Made by a program: the position numbers and the translations under genes
In this document: positions 1-8,220 of the stretch, piece after piece
Position numbering within the stretch: the stretch's first letter is position 1
Layout of the letters: every line of letters starts with the position of its first letter
Notes under the pieces: generated by a model
The model's database searches: none
What the model was told of the DNA's origin: nothing
What the model saw: only the letters and a program-made list of their open reading frames with translations
Assembly (NCBI GenBank): GCA_964549685.1
Contig: CAZJVE010000008.1
Span: 1 to 54,879, forward strand
Length of the DNA stretch: 54,879 nucleotides
Direction: 5' to 3'
Source: an uncultured archaeon
GTDB lineage: Archaea > Altiarchaeota > Altiarchaeia > IMC4 > QMZM01

Positions 1-91
1 ATTCAACGAGACAGCGAAGATTACCGGCATTGGGATGATTGCAATCGGTTCCATAGGATTCGTGATATTCATGATTTCCCAAATCCTATAG
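1..91 (+). CDS. secE: Protein translocase subunit SecE/Sec61-gamma (3' partial)
   Basis: Frame 2 reads FNETAKITGIGMIAIGSIGFVIFMISQIL* (TAG 89-91), the typical SecE C-terminal TM pattern, in the conserved position upstream of spt5-rpl11. Confidence 0.85.
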   Translation, partial: FNETAKITGIGMIAIGSIGFVIFMISQIL

Positions 92-184
92 GATTCATAA
101 TATTATGGTTTCCAAGCTAGTTCGGTAATTTTTATTATATACATCGGAATATTATTACTCGTTTCTTTTAATTTGGTGATTTAA

Positions 185-688
185 TTGATTTACGTTTTGA
201 AGGTAACGGCGAACCAGGAAAGGGTAGTTGCTGAAATCCTCTACAGAGAGGCCAGAGCGAAGCGGAAGGAGATTGAAGGCGAGGAGACCTACGCAATCCT
301 CTACACGACTGGACTCAAGGGCTATGTCCTGGTCGAGGCAGACAGCCCCGGAACAGTAGAAGAGCTGGCAAGGAACGTCCCAAAAACGAAAGGCCTTCTC
401 CTGCATAAAAGGGGAGACATCGAGAGTGCAGGAACCATATCGATTGAGGAGCTCAAGAGCACATTGATGCCTACTCCAATCGTGGAGGAACTAAACAAGG
501 AAGACCTTATTGAACTCGTTTCCGGGCCGTTCAAGGGCGAAAAGGCCAGGGTTGCAAGAATCGACAAGGACAAGAACGAAATCACTGTCGAGCTTATAGA
601 GGCGGCTGTTCCAATCCCGGTTATTGTTAAGGGCGATGATATAAAGATTATCAAGAAGGAGGAACGCGAAGCAGAAGAAAATGAGTAA
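185..688 (+). CDS. spt5: Transcription elongation factor Spt5 (NusG)
   Basis: NGN domain (LKVTANQE, LKGYVLVEA) and KOW motif (IELVSGPFKGEKARV...VELIEAAVPIPV); TTG start. Confidence 0.95.
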   Translation: MIYVLKVTANQERVVAEILYREARAKRKEIEGEETYAILYTTGLKGYVLVEADSPGTVEELARNVPKTKGLLLHKRGDIESAGTISIEELKSTLMPTPIVEELNKEDLIELVSGPFKGEKARVARIDKDKNEITVELIEAAVPIPVIVKGDDIKIIKKEEREAEENE

Positions 689-1322
689 ACAAACTATCGA
701 ATCACTGGTTGATGGAGGGAACGCCTCCGGAGGACCACCTCTTGGTCCAGCTCTGGGCCCCACCGGAGTCAATATAGGTCAGGTAGTTGATGAGATTAAT
801 AAAAAGACCAAAGACATGTCTGGAATGAAGATTCCAGTGAAAGTAATAGTTGATGCATCAACAAAGACCTTCGAGATAGAGGTCGGCTCGCCCCCCACAT
901 CGGCACTGATAAAGAAGGAGCTCAGGATTGAGAAGGGCGCAGGGGGCAACGACCCCGCAGGCGACCTAATCTTTGACTCTGTACTTCGGATAGCAAGGAT
1001 GAAGAAGGGCTCCCTCCTCGCCGAGGATTTCAAGGGAACGGTGAAGGAAGTCATAGGGACCTGCCAGTCAGTCGGAGTAACCATAGACGGGAAGTCCCCC
1101 AAGGAGATTACGGCAGAGATAAACGAGGGGAAGTTCGATGACCGGATAAAAAACGGGGAGACCGGGGAATTGGCTGCCCAGCCAGAGGCGGAGAAGAAGC
1201 CCGAACCAAAGGAAGAGCCCAAGGAAGAGGCCGAGGGTGAAGAATCAGAAGGAGAAGAATCAGAAGGTGAAGAATCCGAAGGGGAAGAGCCCGAAAAGCA
1301 AGAGGAGAAGGGCAAGAAATAA
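681..1322 (+). CDS. rpl11: 50S ribosomal protein uL11 with acidic C-terminal extension
   Basis: GGNASGGPPLGPALGPTGVNI, GMKIPVKV, PPTSALIKKE, KEVIGTCQSVGV. Confidence 0.97.
   Translation: MSKQTIESLVDGGNASGGPPLGPALGPTGVNIGQVVDEINKKTKDMSGMKIPVKVIVDASTKTFEIEVGSPPTSALIKKELRIEKGAGGNDPAGDLIFDSVLRIARMKKGSLLAEDFKGTVKEVIGTCQSVGVTIDGKSPKEITAEINEGKFDDRIKNGETGELAAQPEAEKKPEPKEEPKEEAEGEESEGEESEGEESEGEEPEKQEEKGKK
1233..1292 (+). repeat. 4 x 15-bp tandem repeat encoding EGEES/EGEEP in the uL11 tail
   Basis: gagggtgaagaatca-gaaggagaagaatca-gaaggtgaagaatcc-gaaggggaagagccc. Confidence 0.9.
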
Positions 1323-1394
1323 ACCATTATTAAACCCTTAATCAAAGTTAGATACTTCGATTCCGTTTACTACCTTGGGGTAGGAGGAATACAT

Positions 1395-2027
1395 ATGGAC
1401 AAGAAAACAATAGTCTCCAAGATAGGGGAGCTGAAGAGCAAGAAGAAGGATAGGAAATTCGCCCAGTCTATGGAGATTTCTGTCAATTTCAAGGAAATTG
1501 ACCTTGAGAGCTCTGATTTCAAGCTGAATCTTAACATTCCATTGCCGAAAGGGAGAGGCAGGGATGTCAATATCGGAGTTTTTGCCGACGGCGACATGAA
1601 TGTAAGGGCAAAGAAGCTTTCCAAGTTCGTTCTTAACAGAGATGAACTGGAGAAATACTCCAAGGACAAGCGGAAGATGCGGAAATTCGCAAACTCCTGC
1701 TACGCCTTTGTTGCCCAGCCAGATTTAATGGCAACTATCGGTAAGAGCTGGGGTATCGTTCTCGGTCCGAAAGGCAAGATGCCACAACCGGTGCCACCAA
1801 ATGCTGACCTTGCCCCCGTTGTAGACCGGATAAAGAATTCTGTGAGAATCCGCTCCAAGAAGAATCCGACCATTCATGCCCTTGTAGGCACTGAAAACAT
1901 GTCCCCCGAGGATTTAGCTGATAATACTCTCGCCGTCCTGTCGGGAATAGAGCGACAGATTCCCAAGGACAAAATCAAGTCGATATATCTGAAATACACG
2001 ATGAGCGAGCCCGTGGAACTGATGTAA
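1395..2027 (+). CDS. rpl1: 50S ribosomal protein uL1
   Basis: RKFAQSMEISVNFKEID, LGPKGKMPQP, VGTENM; SD ggagg upstream; follows rpl11. Confidence 0.96.
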   Translation: MDKKTIVSKIGELKSKKKDRKFAQSMEISVNFKEIDLESSDFKLNLNIPLPKGRGRDVNIGVFADGDMNVRAKKLSKFVLNRDELEKYSKDKRKMRKFANSCYAFVAQPDLMATIGKSWGIVLGPKGKMPQPVPPNADLAPVVDRIKNSVRIRSKKNPTIHALVGTENMSPEDLADNTLAVLSGIERQIPKDKIKSIYLKYTMSEPVELM

Positions 2028-2028
2028 G

Positions 2029-3078
2029 ATGGTAGCACCCTGGAAACCAAAAGAGGTCGATGAACTGGCAAAGAAGATGTCCAAGTCCAAAGTGATAGGT
2101 ATAGTTAACATAGAGGGTATACCCTCCAAGCAACTCCAGCAGATGAGAAAGAGCCTCAAGAGCAGGGCCGAGATAAGGGTCTCAAAGAAGAATCTCATCA
2201 CCAGGGCCTTTGAAAAGGCCAAGCTTGAGGGAATGACGAAGCATCTCAACGGTTCACTGGGCATTGTGTTCTCTGACTCAGACCCCTTCAAGCTGAACAA
2301 GATTATAGTGTCGGGGAAGATATCCGCTCCGCCAAAGGCGGGCAGTATATCTCCCCAGGACATCGTAGTACCAGCAGGAGACACGTCATTGCCTCCCGGT
2401 CCTGTAATCGGGGATCTTCAGCAGGCGAAGATAAAAGCCAAGATTGAGGGCGGAAAGATTGTGATTACGGAGGACTCGCTCGTTGTAAAGGAAGGCGATG
2501 TAATATCTCCCGAGGCTGCTTCCGCCCTGGCAAGGCTTGGCATAGAGCCGATAGAAATCGGCCTGGAACTCAAAGCAGCCTATGAGGACGGAACCATCTA
2601 TACATCTGATGTTCTGCATATCGACGAGGCCGAGACACTTGGAAGAATCCGGACTGCTTATACAAATTCCCTTAATCTTGCAATGGATGCAGGGATTTAT
2701 AATAAAGTTACTGTTCCTCTGCTCCTCTCTGATGCACACCAGAAGGCTCTCAACCTGGCAACGAAGGCCGAGATTCTGACCAAGGAGACGATAAAGACGA
2801 TTCTTGCAAAGGCCAATGTTCAGGCATCAGCATTAAAATCAATTATTCCCGAACCAGCCCCACAGCCTGATGAAAAGGTTGAAGAGAAGCCCAAAGCCGA
2901 AGCCAAGGAGGAAGCAAAACCCGAGCCGAAGAAGAAAGAGGAAAAACCGGCTGAAGAATCCAAGCCGGAGGGAGAGAAGCCCAAAGCTGAGGAGAAACCG
3001 GCCGAGGAAGCAAAACCCGCCGAGGAGGAAGCGAAACCTGAAGCAGAGAAACCCGCTGAAGAGCCGAAGAAAGAGTAA
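2029..3078 (+). CDS. rpl10: 50S ribosomal protein uL10 (P0) with P/E/K/A-rich tail
   Basis: PWKPKEV, QLQQMRKSL, DIVVPAGDTSLPPGP, LARLGIEP; three stalk spine helices follow. Confidence 0.95.
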   Translation: MVAPWKPKEVDELAKKMSKSKVIGIVNIEGIPSKQLQQMRKSLKSRAEIRVSKKNLITRAFEKAKLEGMTKHLNGSLGIVFSDSDPFKLNKIIVSGKISAPPKAGSISPQDIVVPAGDTSLPPGPVIGDLQQAKIKAKIEGGKIVITEDSLVVKEGDVISPEAASALARLGIEPIEIGLELKAAYEDGTIYTSDVLHIDEAETLGRIRTAYTNSLNLAMDAGIYNKVTVPLLLSDAHQKALNLATKAEILTKETIKTILAKANVQASALKSIIPEPAPQPDEKVEEKPKAEAKEEAKPEPKKKEEKPAEESKPEGEKPKAEEKPAEEAKPAEEEAKPEAEKPAEEPKKE

Positions 3079-3084
3079 GGCCCT

Positions 3085-3348
3085 CTATTTGGATGGCTGC
3101 ATAATCCTGTCAAAGGGCCCCCATAACTTCTCAAACAAAAGCTTTGAATCAAACAGACTTTCTTCTCTAATAAGACCGTCTATGAGATTCAGATAGAAAA
3201 GGAATGCTATGGGCACTATTATCAGCGGCAGCCTGCCGATGCTCATGTACGTTATACTCATATGAAACGCTGTAAGGAAGAGGCTCACATTGATATTCAT
3301 CTTGTATGTAGCGTTGGCCTCCCACCTCTTCTTCTTTTTAGCCATCAT
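3085..3348 (-). CDS. Small hypothetical membrane protein
   Basis: 87 aa with a basic N-terminus and two hydrophobic segments; fills the gap between rpl10 and the Rqc2-like gene; AT-rich promoter-like spacer upstream. Confidence 0.5.
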   Translation of the reverse strand: MMAKKKKRWEANATYKMNINVSLFLTAFHMSITYMSIGRLPLIIVPIAFLFYLNLIDGLIREESLFDSKLLFEKLWGPFDRIMQPSK

Positions 3349-3384
3349 TAATCTATCTGAGATTTATTATAAATACAGGCAAAG

Positions 3385-4209
3385 ATGAAATTTTCCCTTG
3401 ACCCAAGGCAGCCAGCCTCTGCCAATGCAAACCGCTACTATGAGAAGTCAAAGAAGGCCAGGCAGAAGATATCCGGGGCCAAAAAGGCGCTTGAGGAAAC
3501 CCTGGCAAAGATAGAGAAGCTTGAAAAGGAAAAGGGCAAATTCATGCAGGAATTCCGGGAAAAGATTCCTGAGAAGAAAGAGATTAGAAAGAAGGAATGG
3601 TTCGAGAAGTTCCGCTGGTTCAGGAGCAGCGACGATTTCCTGGTTGTTGGTGGTAAAGATGCTACAACAAATGAAATTCTCATAAAGAAGCACACGGAGA
3701 AGAACGACCTTGTCTTTCACGCCGATGTTCAGGGCGCCCCATTCTTCGTAATCAAGAACCCTGATAACAAGGAAATTCCCGAATCCACCCTGGGGGAGGC
3801 GGCCCAGGCATCGGCCTCCTATTCCAAGGCCTGGGCCTCTGGCATGGGCTCCTGCGACGTCTACTACATAAAGCCGGACCAGGTCTCAAAAGAGGCCCCT
3901 GCAGGGCAGTATGTCGGCAAGGGAGCGTTCATGATATACGGCAAGAAGAATTTCCTGAGGGACACGCCTCTCGAGATTGGGATTGGACTCACCGCTGATG
4001 GGGGGGTAGTCGGCGGCCCCATCGATGCAATACCCGGAAATTCAAAAAATATCATAAAAATTTCCCCGGGTGATGTAAAATCGGGGCAGCTGGCGAAGGA
4101 GATTAAAGAATTATTAATCAAGAATTCAACAAAGGAGAAGCTGAAAAAGATAAAGCTCGAAGACATCCAGAGACTCATCCCTTCCGGGAAGGGACGAATA
4201 ATTAAGTAG
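3385..4209 (+). CDS. NFACT-R (DUF814) RNA-binding protein, C-terminal half of Rqc2/NEMF
   Basis: NANRYYEKSKK, WFEKFRWFRSSDDFLVVGGKDATTNE, FHADVQGAP, QVSKEAPAGQY.GKGAFMIYGKKN. Confidence 0.9.
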   Translation: MKFSLDPRQPASANANRYYEKSKKARQKISGAKKALEETLAKIEKLEKEKGKFMQEFREKIPEKKEIRKKEWFEKFRWFRSSDDFLVVGGKDATTNEILIKKHTEKNDLVFHADVQGAPFFVIKNPDNKEIPESTLGEAAQASASYSKAWASGMGSCDVYYIKPDQVSKEAPAGQYVGKGAFMIYGKKNFLRDTPLEIGIGLTADGGVVGGPIDAIPGNSKNIIKISPGDVKSGQLAKEIKELLIKNSTKEKLKKIKLEDIQRLIPSGKGRIIK

Positions 4210-4223
4210 AAAACAAAACTATA

Positions 4224-5195
4224 ATGAAAATGAAAAAAACAAAATACATAGCAGGAACTATCTTATTGTTAGTATTTTTATGCAGCACCGTCTTTGCAGC
4301 AACCTACGACTGTAACTCATGCAATAATTGCACTGAAAAAATAGAGGCAGCATCCTCTGGAGATATAGTATACCTTACAGAAGACATAACCGAGCTGTCG
4401 GGAAGCTGTATTGTACCATCCTCCAGCATAAATGGCGTCACCTTCGATTGCCAAGGGAATAGTATTGAAGGTAAGAAAGGGCTCTATGCTTTTGGGATCT
4501 GGTTTACCAGTAGCTCAGATAATACAATAAAAAACTGCAGGATTTCTCTATTTTTCAGTGGAATCTACCTTTCTGGCTCCTCAAACAATAACATAATCTC
4601 AAATACACTGGATTCCCTCACGAACAGTGGAATCGGCATTTTTCAATCAGATAGTAACACCCTCATCAACAACACAGCAAACAATAACTCAGACGATGGA
4701 ATCTACCTTTATTACTCAGACACCAACACCCTCACCAGCAACACAGCAAATTATAACGACGATGATGGAATCTACCTTTACTCATCAAACAACAACACCC
4801 TAACCAGCAACACAGCAAACAATAACTCAGACAATGGAATCTACCTCTCCTCTTCAAATAATATCCTGGACTCAAACCATGTTTGTTATAATATTGATTC
4901 AGATTTCTACCTGTCTGACACCTCAGTGAACTCAGGAGACAACAACATCTGCGACAACCCTGCTGGATGGAACGACACCGGAACTACTGGGTGTACATAC
5001 GCTTGCAGCGGTGTAACTACAACCACCACAAGTACGACCACAACGGTATCTGGAGAATGTTCTCTGAAGGGCGATCAGCCCCCCTGTGATGGAACGGTTG
5101 AACTTGCAGAGGTGATAGATATGGTTAGTCTCTGGGTACAAGAACAAGTAACCCTTAGCGATGTTATAGAAGCGATAAACAACTGGGCTACATAA
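4224..5195 (+). CDS. Secreted parallel beta-helix (NosD/CASH-like) protein with Thr linker and C-terminal dockerin-like module
   Basis: Signal peptide; GIYL.SS.NN.I..N repeats; TTTTTSTTTT linker; C-terminal CSLKGDQPPCDGTVELAEVID. Confidence 0.85.
   Translation: MKMKKTKYIAGTILLLVFLCSTVFAATYDCNSCNNCTEKIEAASSGDIVYLTEDITELSGSCIVPSSSINGVTFDCQGNSIEGKKGLYAFGIWFTSSSDNTIKNCRISLFFSGIYLSGSSNNNIISNTLDSLTNSGIGIFQSDSNTLINNTANNNSDDGIYLYYSDTNTLTSNTANYNDDDGIYLYSSNNNTLTSNTANNNSDNGIYLSSSNNILDSNHVCYNIDSDFYLSDTSVNSGDNNICDNPAGWNDTGTTGCTYACSGVTTTTTSTTTTVSGECSLKGDQPPCDGTVELAEVIDMVSLWVQEQVTLSDVIEAINNWAT
4656..4862 (+). repeat. 3 x 69-bp intragenic repeat (23-aa beta-helix turns)
   Basis: aacaccct... at 4656, 4725 and 4794, encoding NTL(I/T)(N/S)NTAN.N.D.GIYL..S. 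Confidence 0.85.
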
Positions 5196-6176
5196 TCACC
5201 TAGGCTTCAGAAAGACCCGCGGGTATCTGATGAGGGAGAGGAGCAGGAGAAACACGCATACTGAGAGCACCACGCTGTTTGTGAGGATTAACACCAATAG
5301 CGTTATAATCAACGAAACAAGCTTTCCGTTCGTCCCAATCTCCGAGAACCGTATCAGGACGAATACAAAGGGAACCGACAGCACCAGGAACAGAATCGAA
5401 ACCGACAGCACAACGACGGAAAACCTGAGCCCTGTTCTTACCGCTCCCGACAACTGGATTCCGTAATCCCCCAGAAGGTGGGCATATTCACCAATCATTA
5501 TCAACGAGACCGCAATCAGAAGCAGCAGCATCACGCTGACCCACTTCTTCCTTAGCGACCGCAGCGATACACGAAAGTCCTGGCTGCTCGGGGCTGAGCC
5601 AAGCCCCAGGCAGAGTTGGAGATATATAATGAGAACCAGGGCGGGGTAGGCATCGAGATAATGAAATTGGTCAATAAAATTCTTAATTATTATTGAAAAA
5701 GAATCTTTCACATCCATTATGCCAAAATCCAGCAAATTCTGTCCTGTTACCGCGCTGCTGATATTCAGCAGAAGGATAAGAAGAATCCCGCAGCCAAAAA
5801 ACGGTGCAAAGGCCACCAGCAGATTCCTGAGGAACTCGAACTCGTCCCTCTCCGGGGCGTATTCAACATAACCAAGGTTCCCTGTCCTGGAGTCCGGGCT
5901 GAACAGCTTAACCTTCCTTATCTCGCATCCCGTTAACATTGCAGCTATCAGATGCGACAATTCATGCGCAACCGTGCCCGGGGCAATAACAAGGTTGAAC
6001 ATGTTCCTCCTGAGCCTGCCGACGACATACAGCTCAAGGAGGTCGTTGAGGGATATCTGCACTGCAAAGAGAAACGGAATTAACGCAACATAGGCCCTGG
6101 TCTCAAAGCCCTCGAGCAGATACCAGGAAACCAGGCCAAGAAGCACGAATGAGAGTATTATTGAAAGACGACTCAT
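5196..6176 (-). CDS. Membrane zinc metalloprotease-like protein (M50-like, HExxH)
   Basis: APGTVAHELSH motif, LGYVEY, LVAFAPFF; multiple TM segments. Confidence 0.75.
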   Translation of the reverse strand: MSRLSIILSFVLLGLVSWYLLEGFETRAYVALIPFLFAVQISLNDLLELYVVGRLRRNMFNLVIAPGTVAHELSHLIAAMLTGCEIRKVKLFSPDSRTGNLGYVEYAPERDEFEFLRNLLVAFAPFFGCGILLILLLNISSAVTGQNLLDFGIMDVKDSFSIIIKNFIDQFHYLDAYPALVLIIYLQLCLGLGSAPSSQDFRVSLRSLRKKWVSVMLLLLIAVSLIMIGEYAHLLGDYGIQLSGAVRTGLRFSVVVLSVSILFLVLSVPFVFVLIRFSEIGTNGKLVSLIITLLVLILTNSVVLSVCVFLLLLSLIRYPRVFLKPR

Positions 6177-6186
6177 AGTTAATATT

Positions 6187-7281
6187 ATGGCGCTGGAGGA
6201 AAAGATTAAAGCAATCGAGGAGGAGATACAGAATACCTCCTACAACAAGGCAACGCAGCACCACATCGGGAAGCTGAAGGCAAAGCTGGCCAATCTAAAG
6301 GAAGAGAGCATCAAGAGGGCGTCGGGCAAGGGAAGCGGCTTGGGTTTCGGCGTGAAAAAGTCGGGGGACGCAACAATATCCCTGGTAGGATTCCCCTCCG
6401 TCGGAAAATCAACCCTCCTCAACAAACTGACCGACGCAAAATCCAAGGTTGCCGACTATGAATTCACAACACTTGATGTAATCCCCGGGGTGATGAATTA
6501 TAAAGGCACGAAAATCCAGATTCTCGACATTCCGGGAGTGATTTCCGGAGCCGCATCCGGAAAGGGCAGGGGCAAGGAGATTATGTCCATAGTAAGGACA
6601 TCGGATTTAATTCTGATTCTTCTTGACATAAAGAAGACGCAACAACTCACTAGAATTCTCTCAGAGCTCTATGACGTTGGCATCAGAATCAATGAAAGCC
6701 CCCCTAACATAAGGATAAGGAAGACATCCAGGGGCGGAGTGACTGTCACATCCACAAGGAAGCTGAAGAACATCGACCGGAAAACGATAATGGAGATTCT
6801 CAACGTCAATGGAATCCATAATGCCGACGTGACTGTGAGGGAGGACGTAAACACGGACAGATTCATAGATGCTACAATGACCAACAGGGTCTACATCCCC
6901 GGGATAATAGCGGTTAATAAGGTGGACATCATCGATGGAGAAAAAGCCAATGGAATTCTAAAAAATATTCCGAATCCGATACCAATCTCAGCAGAGGAGG
7001 ACACGAATCTCGACGCATTGCGCAATGAAATCTTCAGGAAGCTGGAGCTGATAAGAATATACATGCGGCCGCAGGGCGGAAAGCCCGATTACAAGGAACC
7101 GCTCATCCTGAAGAAGGACTCTACAATCGAGGACGCGTGCAAAAAGATTCACAGGAGATTCCTGAAAAAGTTCCGTTATGCATTTGTCTGGGGCAGCTCG
7201 GCGAAATTCCCTGGGCAGAGGGTCGGTTTATCGCATAGGTTAAAGGACGAGGATGCACTGACAATAATCACTGAGCGGTAG
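6187..7281 (+). CDS. drg: DRG/Obg-family GTPase with TGS domain
   Basis: YNKATQHHIGKLKAK, GFPSVGKS, YEFTTL, DIPG, NKVD, C-terminal TGS (WGSSAKFPGQRVG). Confidence 0.95.
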   Translation: MALEEKIKAIEEEIQNTSYNKATQHHIGKLKAKLANLKEESIKRASGKGSGLGFGVKKSGDATISLVGFPSVGKSTLLNKLTDAKSKVADYEFTTLDVIPGVMNYKGTKIQILDIPGVISGAASGKGRGKEIMSIVRTSDLILILLDIKKTQQLTRILSELYDVGIRINESPPNIRIRKTSRGGVTVTSTRKLKNIDRKTIMEILNVNGIHNADVTVREDVNTDRFIDATMTNRVYIPGIIAVNKVDIIDGEKANGILKNIPNPIPISAEEDTNLDALRNEIFRKLELIRIYMRPQGGKPDYKEPLILKKDSTIEDACKKIHRRFLKKFRYAFVWGSSAKFPGQRVGLSHRLKDEDALTIITER

Positions 7282-8176
7282 ATTTCCCCTTCCACCTCTC
7301 AATCAGCGAGAGGTAAATCATAAAGCCGAAGGCAGCCCAGGCAGCCGTTGTATAGGCTATTATAAGCTGACTCAGGGTATTGCCGATTATGAATAAAGGG
7401 CCGGGCTGGCACCCCTCAGAACAGGTATCTATCGGGTTTATAATGCCGACCGGAAAGCTCAGCACCATCGAGATTATCGTTATGATGACCCAGAAGAAGA
7501 GTATATTGAGGAGAACGTACCAGAAGCTTCTTCCTGTGAGGGACCAGGACCTCTTTAGCGACTCTATAACGCCTTTGTTCTCTATCACCATGGCTACTGA
7601 TGCGATGGATAACCTGACTCCAAGGTAAATCATCAGCATAAGGCCCAGAATGCCCAATAGGATGGTAAGTAAAGTGAATACAATGCCGACCATGGATGAA
7701 TTGAGCAATCCTAGCTGCCATATCACTACTAACCCCACAGCAGAGCCAAGCGGAATCAACACCAGAATAACGATTACAACTGACAGCAGAAGATACCTCG
7801 GGAGAATTCCCAGGAACTTGCTGAGCATCTCCCTGGCGCTCCACACCCTCCGCTTGCGCTCCAATTCAGAGGCCTTATATATGCATATCTCAGCATATGA
7901 GCTCAGAACCCAGCCGAGAATTCCAATCAGCAGGAAAAAAACTATCGTTATTTGAATCTGCGGAATCAGGAATATACTCAGAAAATTCCCCGAAAGAATT
8001 GCGGGCTCAAACAGTTCTGCATATCTCTCCGGGTTCGTTACAATGTCCCCAAATGCAGAATATATTGCCATGGACGCTATCATATTCAGTAGAAACAACG
8101 GAACAAAGAATACCAGACTCTTCGGCTTCCTGGGCATAAATCCAAGGGAGAACCCCACTATTTCCTCAAGTTTCAT
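7268..8176 (-). CDS. Polytopic membrane protein (glycerophosphodiesterase membrane-domain-like)
   Basis: About 6 TMs with the family-typical motif VAMVIENKGVIESLKRSWSLTGRSFW. Confidence 0.7.
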   Translation of the reverse strand: MKLEEIVGFSLGFMPRKPKSLVFFVPLFLLNMIASMAIYSAFGDIVTNPERYAELFEPAILSGNFLSIFLIPQIQITIVFFLLIGILGWVLSSYAEICIYKASELERKRRVWSAREMLSKFLGILPRYLLLSVVIVILVLIPLGSAVGLVVIWQLGLLNSSMVGIVFTLLTILLGILGLMLMIYLGVRLSIASVAMVIENKGVIESLKRSWSLTGRSFWYVLLNILFFWVIITIISMVLSFPVGIINPIDTCSEGCQPGPLFIIGNTLSQLIIAYTTAAWAAFGFMIYLSLIERWKGKSTAQ

Positions 8177-8220
8177 TCTGCTTAATTTAATACGTTCAAG
8201 ATTAAATAAATTCTATCAGA

